Source of the DNA: Candidatus Latescibacterota bacterium
Lineage (GTDB): Bacteria; Latescibacterota; UBA2968; GCA-2709665
Length of the DNA: 64,000 nt
Assembly (NCBI GenBank): GCA_965237675.1
Contig: OZ250150.1
Location: forward strand, 5,440,001-5,504,000
Reading direction: 5' to 3'
Under the pieces are notes generated by a model. The model saw nothing but the letters and a program-made list of their open reading frames with translations, had not been told where the DNA came from and did no database searches. This document shows positions 22,086 to 33,764 of this stretch, piece by piece (positions within the stretch are counted from its first letter, which is position 1; each line of letters starts with the position of its first letter). The position numbers were made by a program, and so were the translations under genes.

Positions 22086-24905
22086 ATGATTAAGCACAAG
22101 GTACTCTCCAAAACGGGCTCAACGCGGGGCACCGCGTATACGATGAGCAACAAGATCCTCACCCACGGCGGAAAGACCCACGTGGCGTGGCTGGATCAGA
22201 TTTGCAAGATCTACGTACGGACCTACCATCACAGGACCAGACGCTGGGGCAGGCCGGTCTGTGTCGGAACCGGGGACGACAACCACGCCGGGGCGGCGTT
22301 TGCGATGGATTCACGGGGATAACTGCATCTTGCGTTCGGCCCTCATCACAATCCGGTCCGGCATATGGTGAGCAGACGCCCCAATACCGCAACCTCGTGG
22401 GTGGAACAACCCTCGTTCGGGGGGAAAACGGCGACCTATCCGAGCCTGGTGTGCGACGAGGACGATACGTTGCACGCCTGTTACCGGGGGTCGTTCGCCG
22501 GGGAGCGGCCGTGGTCGCTGGTTTATCAGAAAAGAGCAAAGGGCGGGGAATGGACGGATCCGGCCAAGCTCGTGGACCCGGAGGGGCCGCCGGCATATAC
22601 GCAGTTCGAGAACGCGCTTCACATCGACAAGAGCGGAACGCTGGTTCTGGCCTACCACATCGTAAGGGCTACCGAAGCGGATTACAGCGAAACAAGAGGC
22701 AGGGGCTTCGGCGTGATGCGCTCCGGTGACGGGGGCGAGACCTGGGAAACCATGGACGGACATGCGTTGTCCCTGCCCACAACGCCGGCCTCCCCCTGTG
22801 TGATCGAGTTCGACGAAGGACTGGATGTCCGTATGGGCAACGTCGTATGCAAAAGCCGGGGAGCACCCTGCTTTACGCTGAATCGCCGAGACGGCGGCGC
22901 TGCGGAGACGTATTTTTATGCCTGGGACAAGAGTGGCTGGCGGGTCGTTTCGCTGATGCCCGAGGCAGAGCGGCTCTATGGCCCCTGCGAAATGTCCGAT
23001 GTTTGCGCGCTCAGCATTGCGCACGACGGGGTGATATACGCGGCCGGGGTGGTCTGTCAACGGGGCGGCGGATGGGCGGATTCCAGCAACGAGATCGCGC
23101 TGTTTACGTCGCGGGACGGCGGGGAGACATTTTCTGGCTACGGAATATCGCCGGGAGAACCGGTCGCATCGAACTGGTTGCCCAGCCTGGAACGGCAAAC
23201 GGGACACAACCGGGTTGACGTTCCGCGTCTGGTCTATACCCATGGACATATCGGCGAGGGGTGCAGCCCGGATATCGATACAGAGATCCGACACGTATCG
23301 CTGGTCGATATCGCGGATGCGGAAGCAAGTGTCGTCGACGCCGATATCGCGGGGTCGGAACGGCTGAGCGGAATCCGTTTTACCGAAAAACAGCGCGGGA
23401 AAATGCGGCGGGACGTCGAGCAATATCGACTCCGGTACCGGGAACTTCGCGAGGTCGACGTGGGCTACAACGTGAGCCCGGCGTCGATATTCCTGCCCGG
23501 CGTAAAACCGCCGCCATCGGGAGAACAGCGGGCGTTCCGGCTCAATCCCGCGGAGGTCGACAGGCCGGCATCCGCGGAAGACCTGGCTTTCCTGCCTGTG
23601 AGCGCGCTCGCCCGATTGGTGGAAACCCGGGCCGTGTCACCCGTGGAACTGATCCGGCTCTACCTGGATCGGCTGGACGCATTCGGCGAGAAATTGCATT
23701 GCGTGGTTTCGCTCACCGAAGACCTGGCCATGGCGCAGGCGAAGGCCGCGGAGGCGGAGATCATGGCCGGAAAATACAGGGGGCCGCTCCATGGCATTCC
23801 GTGGGGCGCCAAGGACCTGCTGGCCACGAAGGGAATCCGGACCACGTGGGGCGCCACCCCCTTCAAGGAACAAACCGGCGAAACCGACGCGGCCGTAGTG
23901 GAACGGCTTCGGGATGCGGGCGCGGTCCTGGCGGCCAAGCTCTCAACCGGGGCGCTTGCCACGGGGTCGCACTGGTTCGGGGGAATGACACGGAATCCGT
24001 GGGACGTCGAGACGCAGTCCAGTGGATCGTCGGCGGGTCCGGGCGCCGCGACCGCCGCCGGCCTCGTCGGGTTCAGCATCGGTTCGGAAACGCAGGGATC
24101 CATCGTTTCGCCCAGCCACACCTGCGGGGTGGCTGGGCTGCGGCCGACCTACGGCCGCGTGAGCCGATATGGAACGATGTCGCTCGCCTGGACCATGGAC
24201 AAGTTGGGCCCCATGTGCCGCGGCGTTGAAGATTGCGCGGCGGTCTTCAGCGCCATCCACGGACCGGACGGGAGAGACCGTTCCGTGGTCGACGCGCCGT
24301 TCAATTGGCCCGCGGCCCCCGACATGAAGGCCCTGCGAGTGGGGTTCATACAGCCGGAATTCGATGCGTTACACGAAGCCCGGGAGCGGGAGGTCTACCA
24401 GGCCGCGTTTCGGAAGTTTGAGGATCTCGCAATGAGCGTTGCGCCGGTGGCGCTTCCGGAGTGTCCCCACGGAGCCGTTTCGATGATGCTGTGCGTGGAA
24501 GCGGCCGCCGCGTTCGACAGCGCGACCCGAGCGGGCGAACTGGATTCCATGATCGATGCGGACGGCAGTTCCTGGCCGACGATTTTTCGCAGCTACCGGA
24601 TGGTGCCCGCGGTGGAGTATCTGCGAGCGCAACAGGTGCGTTCCCTGATGATTCGGGACCTCGAGGAACTCATGGCGAATTGGGACGTGCTGCTCGCACC
24701 CGGCAAGGCCGGCGCGAGTCTGACCATGACCAATCTGACCGGGCATCCGGCGCTGACGCTGAAGTGTGGATTTGTTGACGGGATGCCCCGGGGATTGACG
24801 CTGATCGGCAGACTCTACGACGAGGCGACCCTGCTGTCCGTGGGCCTGGCGTACGAGCAGTCAACGGACTGGCACACTCAACATCCGAATGTGGGGGAAC
24901 GGTAA
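22086..24905 (+). pseudogene. BNR-repeat propeller plus amidase fusion with one in-frame TAA (22320-22322)
   Basis: DNHAG..MDSRG*LHLAFGPH continues in frame into the 846-aa ORF; SGDGGETW and SRDGGETF Asp-boxes; amidase signature GSSAG..GSETQGSI. Confidence 0.8.
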
Positions 24906-25064
24906 CGGCTCAGGGTCCGCCGGCCCGGGAAGCGTCGACCGGCCAGGCAACGTCCCGGAGCCCGGCGACATGATCAGCGATCCGGTGGATACAAAGTCAC
25001 CTTGGATCGGTTGCATCGTCAGGTTCTTTTTTTCCGGCATCATCAATCAATGGAGGTTTGAAAC

Positions 25065-26147
25065 ATGTCAGAGGAATTCAGAGGCATGCCGTGCCGGCGT
25101 GTCGGAAACTCCGGTCTGTTCGTGTCCGCGGTGGGGCTGGGAATGTGGAAATGGGGCGATCCGGTGTACGATGGATCTCGCATAGGGGATCACGAGGGGT
25201 TCGAGGTCCTGGACCGGGCCCTGGAACTCGGGGTCTTTCATTGGGACACAGCATGTTCCTACAACCTGGGATCGGGAAATTCAGAACGTCTGCTGGGACG
25301 TTATTTCGCCGCCCGTCCGCGTTCCGTCAGGGAGCAGGTCGTCTTAGCGACCAAGATTCACAACCCGGTGCGCGCGGAGCACGCCATGCAGGCCGACTTC
25401 ACGCCGAATCAACTCGGCGCCTCGCGGACGTATATTCACTTTGGCGTGGACAAGTGCCTGGAGCGGTTGCAGACGGATTATATCGACCTGCTCTATCTGC
25501 ACCAGAACGGCACCGACGACGACGGGAACTACCGGGTTCCGATCGAGGAAACCTGGGGCGCGTTCGACGATCTGGTCTCACAGGGAAAGGTGCGTTACCT
25601 GGCGGTATCCAATCATTCGGCGAAGCAGATGAGGAATGCGGTCGCGGCGCTCGGGAAGGTGGGCAAGGACGTGTCCCGGCGAATCGTGGCCGTGCAGAAC
25701 CGGTACAATCTCGTGCAGCAGGTTGCGCTGGCGGTGGATGAGGGCGGCAGGGCGTCGGATGTCCTGAAGGCGGCGGCCAGAGCGGGCGTGGGGGTGATTC
25801 CCTATTATCCGCTGGCAAGCGGTCTGCTCACCGGCCGATACCGCAAGGGAAGGCTGGAAGAGGCGGCGGGGCGGATTATCGACGACGGCGACGAGGCCGA
25901 GTTTCTGACCGAACCCTACCTGGATGCCGTTGAAGGGCTGTTGGAGGTCGCGGAGTCGAAAGGCATTTCACTCGCCCAACTCGCCATCGCCTGGCTGCTG
26001 GCCAACGAGCAGGTGCCGTCCGTGATCGCCGGCGTCACCGAAATGGGGCACCTGGAGGACAACGTGAATGCGTCCGGCGTGGAATTGACGGGCCACGACA
26101 TGGCGCGGATCGATAAGATTGTGGAAGCCGCGCTGGGGCGCAATTAG
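25065..26147 (+). CDS. Aldo/keto reductase
   Basis: WDTA.SY..GNSE, LATK, LQTDYIDLLYLH, PLASGLLTGRY. Confidence 0.92.
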   Translation: MSEEFRGMPCRRVGNSGLFVSAVGLGMWKWGDPVYDGSRIGDHEGFEVLDRALELGVFHWDTACSYNLGSGNSERLLGRYFAARPRSVREQVVLATKIHNPVRAEHAMQADFTPNQLGASRTYIHFGVDKCLERLQTDYIDLLYLHQNGTDDDGNYRVPIEETWGAFDDLVSQGKVRYLAVSNHSAKQMRNAVAALGKVGKDVSRRIVAVQNRYNLVQQVALAVDEGGRASDVLKAAARAGVGVIPYYPLASGLLTGRYRKGRLEEAAGRIIDDGDEAEFLTEPYLDAVEGLLEVAESKGISLAQLAIAWLLANEQVPSVIAGVTEMGHLEDNVNASGVELTGHDMARIDKIVEAALGRN

Positions 26148-26272
26148 GAAACCATTTCGAAGCGGCCGTATTTCCTCGGCACACGCCACCGGCCATCGCG
26201 CGGCGAGCGCCCGGCGCGGACGCGACGACGCGTTCTGTTTCCATCCTACTTATTCCTTGAGGCCGGACCGTA

Positions 26273-27133
26273 ATGCTCGTAGAACGGATCGCCACCTTTG
26301 GGCGGATGATCAAATTTTCGCACAGTGTATTCGCCCTTCCGTTCGCGTTCAGCGGCGCAGCGCTGGCGGCGTTGGAAGTGGACATCCTCCCTGCCCAGGT
26401 GTTCTGGATTGCCGTGGCGATGGCGGGCGCCAGGAGCGCCGCGATGGGGTTCAACCGGCTCGTCGACCGCGTCGTGGATGCGGCGAATCCCAGGACCGCG
26501 GGCCGGGAGTTGCCGCAAGGCCTGATCTCGCCGGGCGCCGTGCGCCTGTTCGTCGCCATTTCCTCCGCGGCCCTGATCGTCGCGGCCTGGCGGCTGAACC
26601 CGCTCTGCTTCGCGCTATCGCCGGTGGCGCTTGGCATCGTGTTTTTCTATTCTTATACCAAACGGTTCACATGGGCCACACAGTTTTTTCTCGGGCTGGC
26701 GCTGTCGGTCGCGCCCATCGGCGCATGGATCGCCATTACCGGGCGTCTGGACGCGGCGATCCTGCTGCTGGCCGGGGCTGTATTGGCGTGGGTTTCCGGT
26801 TTCGATATCATCTATGCCTGCCAGGACGTCGAGTTCGACCGCGGCCACGGGATTTTTTCAATTCCGCAGCGATTCGGTGTGCGGCGGGGGCTGGCGATCG
26901 CACGCGGATTGCACGTCATTTCGTTTCTTCTGATGGCGGCGGTGGGTGTGTACTTCGGGTTGGGCGGCATCTATGCGGCAGGGTTGATCGTGGTGGCGGG
27001 GTTGATTCTGTATGAGCACTCGCTGGTGAAGCCGGATGACCTTTCGAGGCTGGGTGTGGCGTTCATGAATGCGAATGCCGCGATCAGCACCGTCTTTTTC
27101 GCCTTTACGCTAGGAGACGTGCTGTGGCGGTGA
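26273..27133 (+). CDS. UbiA-family prenyltransferase (MqnP-like)
   Basis: IKFSHSVFALPF, NRLVD..DAANPRT, YSYTKRF, FDIIYACQD. Confidence 0.9.
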   Translation: MLVERIATFGRMIKFSHSVFALPFAFSGAALAALEVDILPAQVFWIAVAMAGARSAAMGFNRLVDRVVDAANPRTAGRELPQGLISPGAVRLFVAISSAALIVAAWRLNPLCFALSPVALGIVFFYSYTKRFTWATQFFLGLALSVAPIGAWIAITGRLDAAILLLAGAVLAWVSGFDIIYACQDVEFDRGHGIFSIPQRFGVRRGLAIARGLHVISFLLMAAVGVYFGLGGIYAAGLIVVAGLILYEHSLVKPDDLSRLGVAFMNANAAISTVFFAFTLGDVLWR

Positions 27134-27732
27134 ACCGCATTGCGGTTGCGATCACGGGCGCCAGCGGGGCGATTTATGCCCTGCGCACCCTGCGCGCGCT
27201 GCTTTTGAACGGGCACGAAGTCCATCTCATCGTGTCCGCGTTCGGATGGATGCTTCTGCGCGAGGAGGGCGGCTTCGAGGGGAAGCAGTCCGAGTTCCAG
27301 GGTTTCCTTTTCGATCGATACGGCGCGGGAATCGAGAACGGGCGGGTGGTCATTCACCAGATCGGCAATATGGCGGCCCCTGTCGCGAGCGGGTCCGTGG
27401 GTTCGCGCGGAATGGTCGTCGTGCCATGTTCAATGAAGTACCTCTCCAATATCGCCCACGGCGCGTCCGGAAATCTGATCGAGCGCGCTGCGGACGTGAC
27501 ACTCAAGGAACGGCGGCCGCTGATCCTGGTCCCCAGGGAAACGCCCATGAACCTGGTCCACCTTCGGAACATGACGGCCGCCGCCGAGGCAGGAGCCGCC
27601 ATCCTTCCGGCCATGCCCGCGTTTTACCAGAAGCCCGAAACCTTTGACGACCTGGCGGATTTCATCGCGGGACGCATCCTGAATCTGCTGGGGATCGAAA
27701 ACAAGCTGTTTCCGCCATGGACGGGCATGTGA
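27130..27732 (+). CDS. ubiX: Flavin prenyltransferase
   Basis: ITGASGA.Y, ASGS, RAADVTLKE, PRETP, PAFY. Confidence 0.93.
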   Translation: MNRIAVAITGASGAIYALRTLRALLLNGHEVHLIVSAFGWMLLREEGGFEGKQSEFQGFLFDRYGAGIENGRVVIHQIGNMAAPVASGSVGSRGMVVVPCSMKYLSNIAHGASGNLIERAADVTLKERRPLILVPRETPMNLVHLRNMTAAAEAGAAILPAMPAFYQKPETFDDLADFIAGRILNLLGIENKLFPPWTGM

Positions 27733-27771
27733 CAACGCGTCAACCTCGGGATCGACTCAAGGGAGTATCCG

Positions 27772-29070
27772 ATGTACACGGACCTGATGCACCATATCAA
27801 CGAAACGGCGCTGGTCGATACGCACGAACACCTGCGAAAAGAACCGGAATGGGTGAACGAGGGACCCGATATCCTGCAGGATCTGTTCGGAAACTACGTC
27901 CCGGCCGATCTTCACACGGCCGGCGCATCGTCCGAGGCCCTCAGTCGGTTGATGGACGGTTCGGACCCCGACATCGCCGGGCGATTCGAAGGAATTCGTG
28001 AAGCGTGGGAGGCCACGCAGTTCACCGGGTACGGAGAGGCTGTGCGCCTGATCGCCTCGCATGTCTACGGCCTCGACGCACTCACGGCGGATGCACTCCA
28101 GGCCGCCCGGGAAAAGATCCATTCCCTGCGGCGCCCCGGTGAACGGCATCGCCTGCTGTGCGACCTCGCCAACCTGGATCACGTTCAGACGGACGATTTC
28201 AGTTGGGCCTGTCTTCCGGATGCGTCAGGACTCGATTTTTTCCTGTACGATCTCTCCTGGGCGGGATTCTGCAACGGCCAGGTCGATCCCGGGCAGATCC
28301 ACGCAGAGACGAATATTGAGGTGACCGGTCTCGACACCCTCAGGCGGGCGATGGAGGAGATCTTCTCGAAATATGCCGGATGCGCCATCGCGGTGAAGGC
28401 ACAACACGCCTACAGTCGCACACTGAATTGGAGTGAACGGCACCACCCGGAGGCGGAGGCTGCGCTTGAAAGCATATTGAGAGGGCCGGAAGGGGAGGTT
28501 TCCGTCGAAGCGCGCCTGTGCCTGGGGGACTGGTGCTGGGCGCGCGGTGTGGAACTCTCGATCGCGCACGATCTGCCGTTCAAGATCCACACCGGGTACT
28601 ACGCGGGCAACGACCGAATGCCGGTGAGCCGCATCTCGGCCGGGAATATGTGCGCGCTATTCGCACGCTATCCGGACGCCCGGTTTGTCCTGATGCACAT
28701 CGCCTATCCTTATAGCGACGAACTGGTGGCGCTGGCGAAGCACTACCGTAATACCTGGGTCGATCTCTGCTGGGCATGGAGCATCGATCCCTATAGTTCG
28801 CGAGACTTTCTGCGCCGCTTCCTGCACGCGGTCCCATCCAACAAGCTGTTTGCGTTCGGGGGCGATACGGGTTGGCCCACGGGCGCGCTCGCGTACTCCA
28901 TCCAGGCGCGGAATGAGATTCGCCGGGCGCTCGACGCGGAAATTGCGGAAGGGTATATGACGGAGAAACAGGCGATGGACGTGGCGACGCGCATCATGCG
29001 GAAGAATCAGTACGCCTGTTTCGATATACAGGGAACGCGAGCGAATATACGCGCGGCCGCCGGTGCGTAA
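27772..29070 (+). CDS. Amidohydrolase family protein
   Basis: DTHEH, KIHTG, LMH, FGGD. Confidence 0.85.
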   Translation: MYTDLMHHINETALVDTHEHLRKEPEWVNEGPDILQDLFGNYVPADLHTAGASSEALSRLMDGSDPDIAGRFEGIREAWEATQFTGYGEAVRLIASHVYGLDALTADALQAAREKIHSLRRPGERHRLLCDLANLDHVQTDDFSWACLPDASGLDFFLYDLSWAGFCNGQVDPGQIHAETNIEVTGLDTLRRAMEEIFSKYAGCAIAVKAQHAYSRTLNWSERHHPEAEAALESILRGPEGEVSVEARLCLGDWCWARGVELSIAHDLPFKIHTGYYAGNDRMPVSRISAGNMCALFARYPDARFVLMHIAYPYSDELVALAKHYRNTWVDLCWAWSIDPYSSRDFLRRFLHAVPSNKLFAFGGDTGWPTGALAYSIQARNEIRRALDAEIAEGYMTEKQAMDVATRIMRKNQYACFDIQGTRANIRAAAGA

Positions 29071-29096
29071 ATCAAAATGAGCGAGGTGGAGAATCG

Positions 29097-29471
29097 ATGC
29101 CGGTTACAGACGCTCTGCTTGACGAGATGGTACGGACTATCGTCCACGAAGTTGATCCTGAACAGGTAATCCTGTTCGGCTCGTACGCACGCGGTACCGA
29201 AACCGGCAATTCCGACGTGGATCTACTGATAATCGAATCAGAACCATTCGCGAATGCGCAATTGAGGTACGACGAGGGACTGAGGCTTTACAATGCACTG
29301 TCTCGCTTTCACGTTCCCAAAGATATTCTGGTCTATAGTCGCGAACGGGTCGAGTATTGGCGCGACTCCCTTAACAATGTTGTAGCGCGAGCCCTGCGCG
29401 AAGGACGGGTGCTCTATGAGCGACCCCAAACAGGCACGCACGTTGATCGAAGCTGCCGAGCGAGACATTAG
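29097..29471 (+). CDS. Minimal nucleotidyltransferase (MNT) antitoxin
   Basis: ILFGSYARG..SDVDLL. Confidence 0.88.
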   Translation: MPVTDALLDEMVRTIVHEVDPEQVILFGSYARGTETGNSDVDLLIIESEPFANAQLRYDEGLRLYNALSRFHVPKDILVYSRERVEYWRDSLNNVVARALREGRVLYERPQTGTHVDRSCRARH

Positions 29472-29565
29472 GACGGTCCGTCTCATGGCTTCCAATGTCG
29501 ATTTCCCTGACGAAAACTTCGGTTTCAACGTACAGCAGGGAGCGGGCGTTCTAAATCTGGTATAA
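29416..29565 (+). pseudogene. Truncated HEPN-domain partner
   Basis: MSDPKQARTLIEAAERD..FGFNVQQ, then the sequence diverges and stops after 49 aa. Confidence 0.65.
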
Positions 29566-29635
29566 AAACAACCGCCGGTTGCGCCCAACCGGCGGTATTG
29601 TGCTGTACCTCATTCGGAATCGTGAGGAGTCCGTC

Positions 29636-30919
29636 CTACCGATACGGGTCGGCGTTGAAGTTGACACGCATCGAGACGAGCAGGCGCACCGTGCGCACCT
29701 GGTCCTGGCGATTGCCTTCCGTCTGTTTGTACCCGCCAAACACAGCGGCCAGATCCACCGCAAAATACCGATCCAATTCAGCGCCGATCCCAAGCGTCCA
29801 CGCATCGCGGTCCGTCTCGATTCGCACCTCGGGTACGGGGCCGCCTCCCACGTACCGAACCGGATCGCGATAGTATCCGCCCCTCACGGCGACGCCCCGC
29901 CCCGGAATGGCGTATTCACCGCCCAGATGGATCCGCACCGCGCTTCGGTATTGCCGGCGGAAATCGTCGACATGCGGCGTGATGTTCCGAGCCAGGACGC
30001 TGTAGGTGACTTCCTGTAAATCTCCGTAATGCACATCGCCGCTCAATGTCAATCCCGCCGAGGACCATCCCAGACCGAGTCCCAGCGAGAGCGGCTGGCG
30101 TATCTCGTACCTGTCCGCGTAGGCGTCGCGCGGATAGATATCCGTCCGATCGTCAAACGTATCTTCGAATTTGTCCGCCAGTTCAGCCGACACCCGGATG
30201 GGGGTCGCCGCGGAAACCGTAATGCCAAGCCGGAAATTGGACGGATGCCAGTAGCGGATGCCGCCCTGGACGCCCAACGCGGAAAAGCGGTCGTCGGATT
30301 CGAAACGCTGGAAAAGGCGAACGGTATCCGCGTGGACCTGCCGCACGTCTTCAAGTGTCAATTCCTGCATGAATCGGTTGGTGCCACGCCATTTGTACAA
30401 AGAAACCCCCGCGGACAGGCGCGGCGCCAAGTCGACTGCAACGCCCAGCGTCCACGCGCCGAGGGTGCCCCTGTCTTCCGAAAAACCCGACTTTTCGAAT
30501 TCGGCGATTTCATCGTACGCGTCGATCCGCAATCCACTGTCGAAGTGCCGGTTGCGCCCGAACCCCCCCGCAAAAACCAGGCTGCCCCGATAGACCGGCG
30601 CCGGGTACACGATGCCCACCGACGCGATGCGCGTACTGTTCAATTCAAATGCCGAAGCGCCGCTGAAAAAACGCGAATCGTTCCGAAAACGATCGTGTGA
30701 CATCCCCCACGATACAGATCCGCGCCGGACCCTTGCCAATCCCGCCGGGTTCCAGAAAAGACCGGAGAAATCATCCGATACCGTAACATACGCGCCGCCC
30801 ATCCCCATTGCGCGGGCGCCGATTCCGGAAAACCCGTCCAGTGCGACCTCCTGCGCGTTAAGGGCTGCCGCCCAGGCGCAGAACGCCAGCATCGGGACAA
30901 TTGGACGGGCCCGCCTCAC
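29636..30919 (-). CDS. Outer-membrane beta-barrel (FadL/OmpP1-like)
   Basis: Signal peptide, GARAMGMGGA..WNPAGLA, alternating beta pattern. Confidence 0.8.
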   Translation of the reverse strand: MRRARPIVPMLAFCAWAAALNAQEVALDGFSGIGARAMGMGGAYVTVSDDFSGLFWNPAGLARVRRGSVSWGMSHDRFRNDSRFFSGASAFELNSTRIASVGIVYPAPVYRGSLVFAGGFGRNRHFDSGLRIDAYDEIAEFEKSGFSEDRGTLGAWTLGVAVDLAPRLSAGVSLYKWRGTNRFMQELTLEDVRQVHADTVRLFQRFESDDRFSALGVQGGIRYWHPSNFRLGITVSAATPIRVSAELADKFEDTFDDRTDIYPRDAYADRYEIRQPLSLGLGLGWSSAGLTLSGDVHYGDLQEVTYSVLARNITPHVDDFRRQYRSAVRIHLGGEYAIPGRGVAVRGGYYRDPVRYVGGGPVPEVRIETDRDAWTLGIGAELDRYFAVDLAAVFGGYKQTEGNRQDQVRTVRLLVSMRVNFNADPYR

Positions 30920-31590
30920 CTCATCCCTCCTCTACGCCGCTGGCCCTCGCGCTTCTCCTCGCGCTTTTCCTCCTGCTTTTCCTCTTCGTTCTTCGAGGAT
31001 GACTTACCGCTTTCCGTACTGGGTGGTTTCGAGGCAGTTCTCGTTGCGCCGCTCGCCCTCTTCGGCTTCGGATTGGCTCGGATCGCGCCGGCTGCCGGTC
31101 CACGGCGCCTTCGCGTCGTCCTGGTTACCCCGCTGCCCTTACGGACCGTACCGGCGGATGCGGGCTCGCCACCCCGCAATCCGGTATGTCTGATGCGCAG
31201 GCGCGGTTCGTGAAGATCGATCGGGTAAGGTTCGGTCGGGCGATACGTGTACGTGGGAGCGGGTAACCGTCCGCGCGCGAGAATCCGCCGCATCCACCCT
31301 CGCCACCACGGCCCGTATGCGGCCGTCCAGTAGGAATATCTCCATGGGAAACCCCGTCTCGCCCAGGACGGATATCCGGGAAAATACGGTTCAAAATACG
31401 GCGCGGGGTCCCACCCGTACGGATCGAAATAGTTGTACACATACTGTTTGTATACCGTAACACCGGGCAGTTCCGTGGACGCCCCGGACTCATCCCGGCT
31501 TTCCGATTCATATCCGGGCGGCCGAATCTGGGTATAGCACCCTGCAAGTGCAAGTAGACCTATCATTACGAGGCAGATACGATAAACCAT
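30916..31590 (-). CDS. Putative lipoprotein
   Basis: LALAGC lipobox followed by YT, a Y/W/P-rich region and a charged tail. Confidence 0.65.
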   Translation of the reverse strand: MVYRICLVMIGLLALAGCYTQIRPPGYESESRDESGASTELPGVTVYKQYVYNYFDPYGWDPAPYFEPYFPGYPSWARRGFPWRYSYWTAAYGPWWRGWMRRILARGRLPAPTYTYRPTEPYPIDLHEPRLRIRHTGLRGGEPASAGTVRKGSGVTRTTRRRRGPAAGAIRANPKPKRASGATRTASKPPSTESGKSSSKNEEEKQEEKREEKREGQRRRGGMR

Positions 31591-31776
31591 GGCAGCCTCC
31601 CAGGATGTGAAATGCCGTCCGTCCAACCGAGCTGTCCCTGCCCTGCCCCACCTGTTTACAAAATAGCTGATTTTTGACTTCGACACAATACCCCGAAACC
31701 CAATTGGGCCTGCTGCTTCGGTTTCGTCCAGTTTCTGTTTTCCCTGGTATCGGAATACTTTACCACATCCGGCGGA

Positions 31777-32118
31777 TCAACCGGCTTTTCGCAAAAGCAT
31801 CGCAACAAGGGATCTGAACCCCTTTCGTCTCCGTTGGGCAGGCTCAGCTTCCTGACAGCAGGATTCTGAACGAGAACCGCTGTTTCCTTTTCGTGCGGCG
31901 AGGCGGGATTCAATCTCCACGTGCTCAGGGAACCGACCTTCTTTCAATTTGGAAAAGATCGCTTCCCCGTCCACAGTGAGTTCAAAGCGTCCCCTGCCCG
32001 AGGGAACCAGTGTGAAACGTGAGATATCCGTCTTGTATTTTTCCAGCAGATGGCGCGCCAAACTGACGGCCTGGTCTTCATACCCTCACATCGAGCAGTA
32101 AATGAGTTCGATGTCCAT
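31777..32118 (-). CDS. Rdx (SelT/SelW/SelH) family selenoprotein
   Basis: GGAG then ATG: MDIELIYCSM(UGA)GYEDQAVSLA..LVPSGRGRFELTVDGE.IFSK..GRFP; CxxU with TGA at 32086-32088. Confidence 0.88.
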
Positions 32119-32864
32119 TGTCGATCTCCTTATGGTTTCTGTCATTGCCTATAAATCGTAGACGCATGAATCACGATGCCTGTTTCAATCTGTCGGTCCA
32201 GATGGGGAATTTCGTGCCATAATCGACATGGGAACGAATAGATTCTCCCCCACCCCTAACGTCCCCTATTCCCTTGCCCTTTTTCTTGCTTCGCCCAAGA
32301 AAAAGGGCGAAAAAGAAGGGCGCCACTCAAACGCCGCGGGGCTGCTTTTCCGCGAATCACGTCTGTGGAAGAAACGCGAAGTCGTTGGCCTGCGTCCTCC
32401 GCTGGTATTCCTGGACCACGTTGCTGAACGGATTGGCGCGGAAAAGCCCCCACCTCACTACCGTCCGCCTGATAGCTCCTCAAGAGATACGGTTAGGTAG
32501 TGCGGCACGTTTAAGGCCGCGAACAAAAACCCCCAACACCACCCAACGTGCGTGAGGTAGGCCGGCGATGACTACCGCGTGGATGTGCGGTTCTGCCGCG
32601 CGTCGAAGGGGGCGGTTCGCGAACCGTCCCTACAAAGAGCAGCCATACGTGATATTGATGTCACCCGGTCCAGCTGACGGCTCTGTCTGAGGGGCCGAGG
32701 GGAGAGGTCCCGGGATCGAGGGCATCCTGCCCTCGCCGCGACCCTCCTGTTGCGACCACGTCCCTGCGCAGACGTCGATTGATGTCGGTTCTGGCTGATA
32801 GCTCTGTCTGCTGACAGCTGATCGTTGGCGGCCGGGTGGGGCGTGGCCTTCTTACGTCTCCCGT

Positions 32865-33500
32865 CTACCGTCTCACCTCTTTCAGAAAGTTCCTGCCGAG
32901 GCGATGCGCTGTTGCCAGATTGCTGGCTCTCACCTCCGGCGCAGTCTGCACATCTGCCGCGCCTGACAGAATGACCACCTCGCAATGGGCAACGCCGGTT
33001 CCCGGCTGCAGGCGGTCGTTCTTGTAGATGCGCTTCATACTCTCGGCCAGGCCCGACTGTTCCAGAGCCTCTCCCGTGTTTCCGGCGGTGCAGAGGACAA
33101 GAGCCCTCGCGATCGACAGTCTCGGAAACGGATAGGTCTCGTCCGGAATTCCGTAATCATAGGCGTACCCGCAAACCCAGACGCGATCAAACCACCCCTT
33201 CAAATTGGCCGGGCAGTCGCTCCACCAGACGGGAAACACGAATCCCAGACCGTCGGCACGACAGATTTTTTCATGTTCCTCCCTGACATCAGCCGGAAGC
33301 GGACTGTGCGCCCGGTTGCCATGCACGTTTGTTTCGCGCCCATATTCGGCGAGCGACATGTCGGATCTGAACTCCATAGCGTACAAATCCCCAACCTCGC
33401 AGGTATGTCCTCCCTCTTCCAGACCCCGACATAGCTCCGCCAGTACAGCTCCCGTAAATGACTTCCTGGTCGGGTGCGCAAAGACGATATATGCGTGCAT
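32865..33500 (-). CDS. NAD(P)H-dependent oxidoreductase (flavodoxin-like fold)
   Basis: AHP..SFT, DLYA, FPVWW..PANLKGWFDRV. Confidence 0.88.
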   Translation of the reverse strand: MHAYIVFAHPTRKSFTGAVLAELCRGLEEGGHTCEVGDLYAMEFRSDMSLAEYGRETNVHGNRAHSPLPADVREEHEKICRADGLGFVFPVWWSDCPANLKGWFDRVWVCGYAYDYGIPDETYPFPRLSIARALVLCTAGNTGEALEQSGLAESMKRIYKNDRLQPGTGVAHCEVVILSGAADVQTAPEVRASNLATAHRLGRNFLKEVRR

Positions 33501-33764
33501 GGGCGCCTCCAGGTTTATCTTCGACCAGCAATGGGGGCGGCTGACAGGGGTATTCCGCCATCCGACCGTGAGAACCCGGTCCGTCTCCAACTGTGGACCA
33601 TCGAGGGCCCGACTGCGGGGCAGTTTTGCCTCAATCGTGACTCTATATCCTCTGGACTCTCCAGTGTCATGCGATCAGTGCGGAAGACCATCTGTATTGT
33701 GTACCTCAACGGTGTACTAATGATGCGTTTCGATGCCATAATGAGTCATGTTCATTCTGTTTCA

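Noticed and set aside
32182-32215. gtttcaatctgtcggtccagatgggg upstream of the selenoprotein gene
   Set aside because: Only 9 nt match the repeat end; could be chance.
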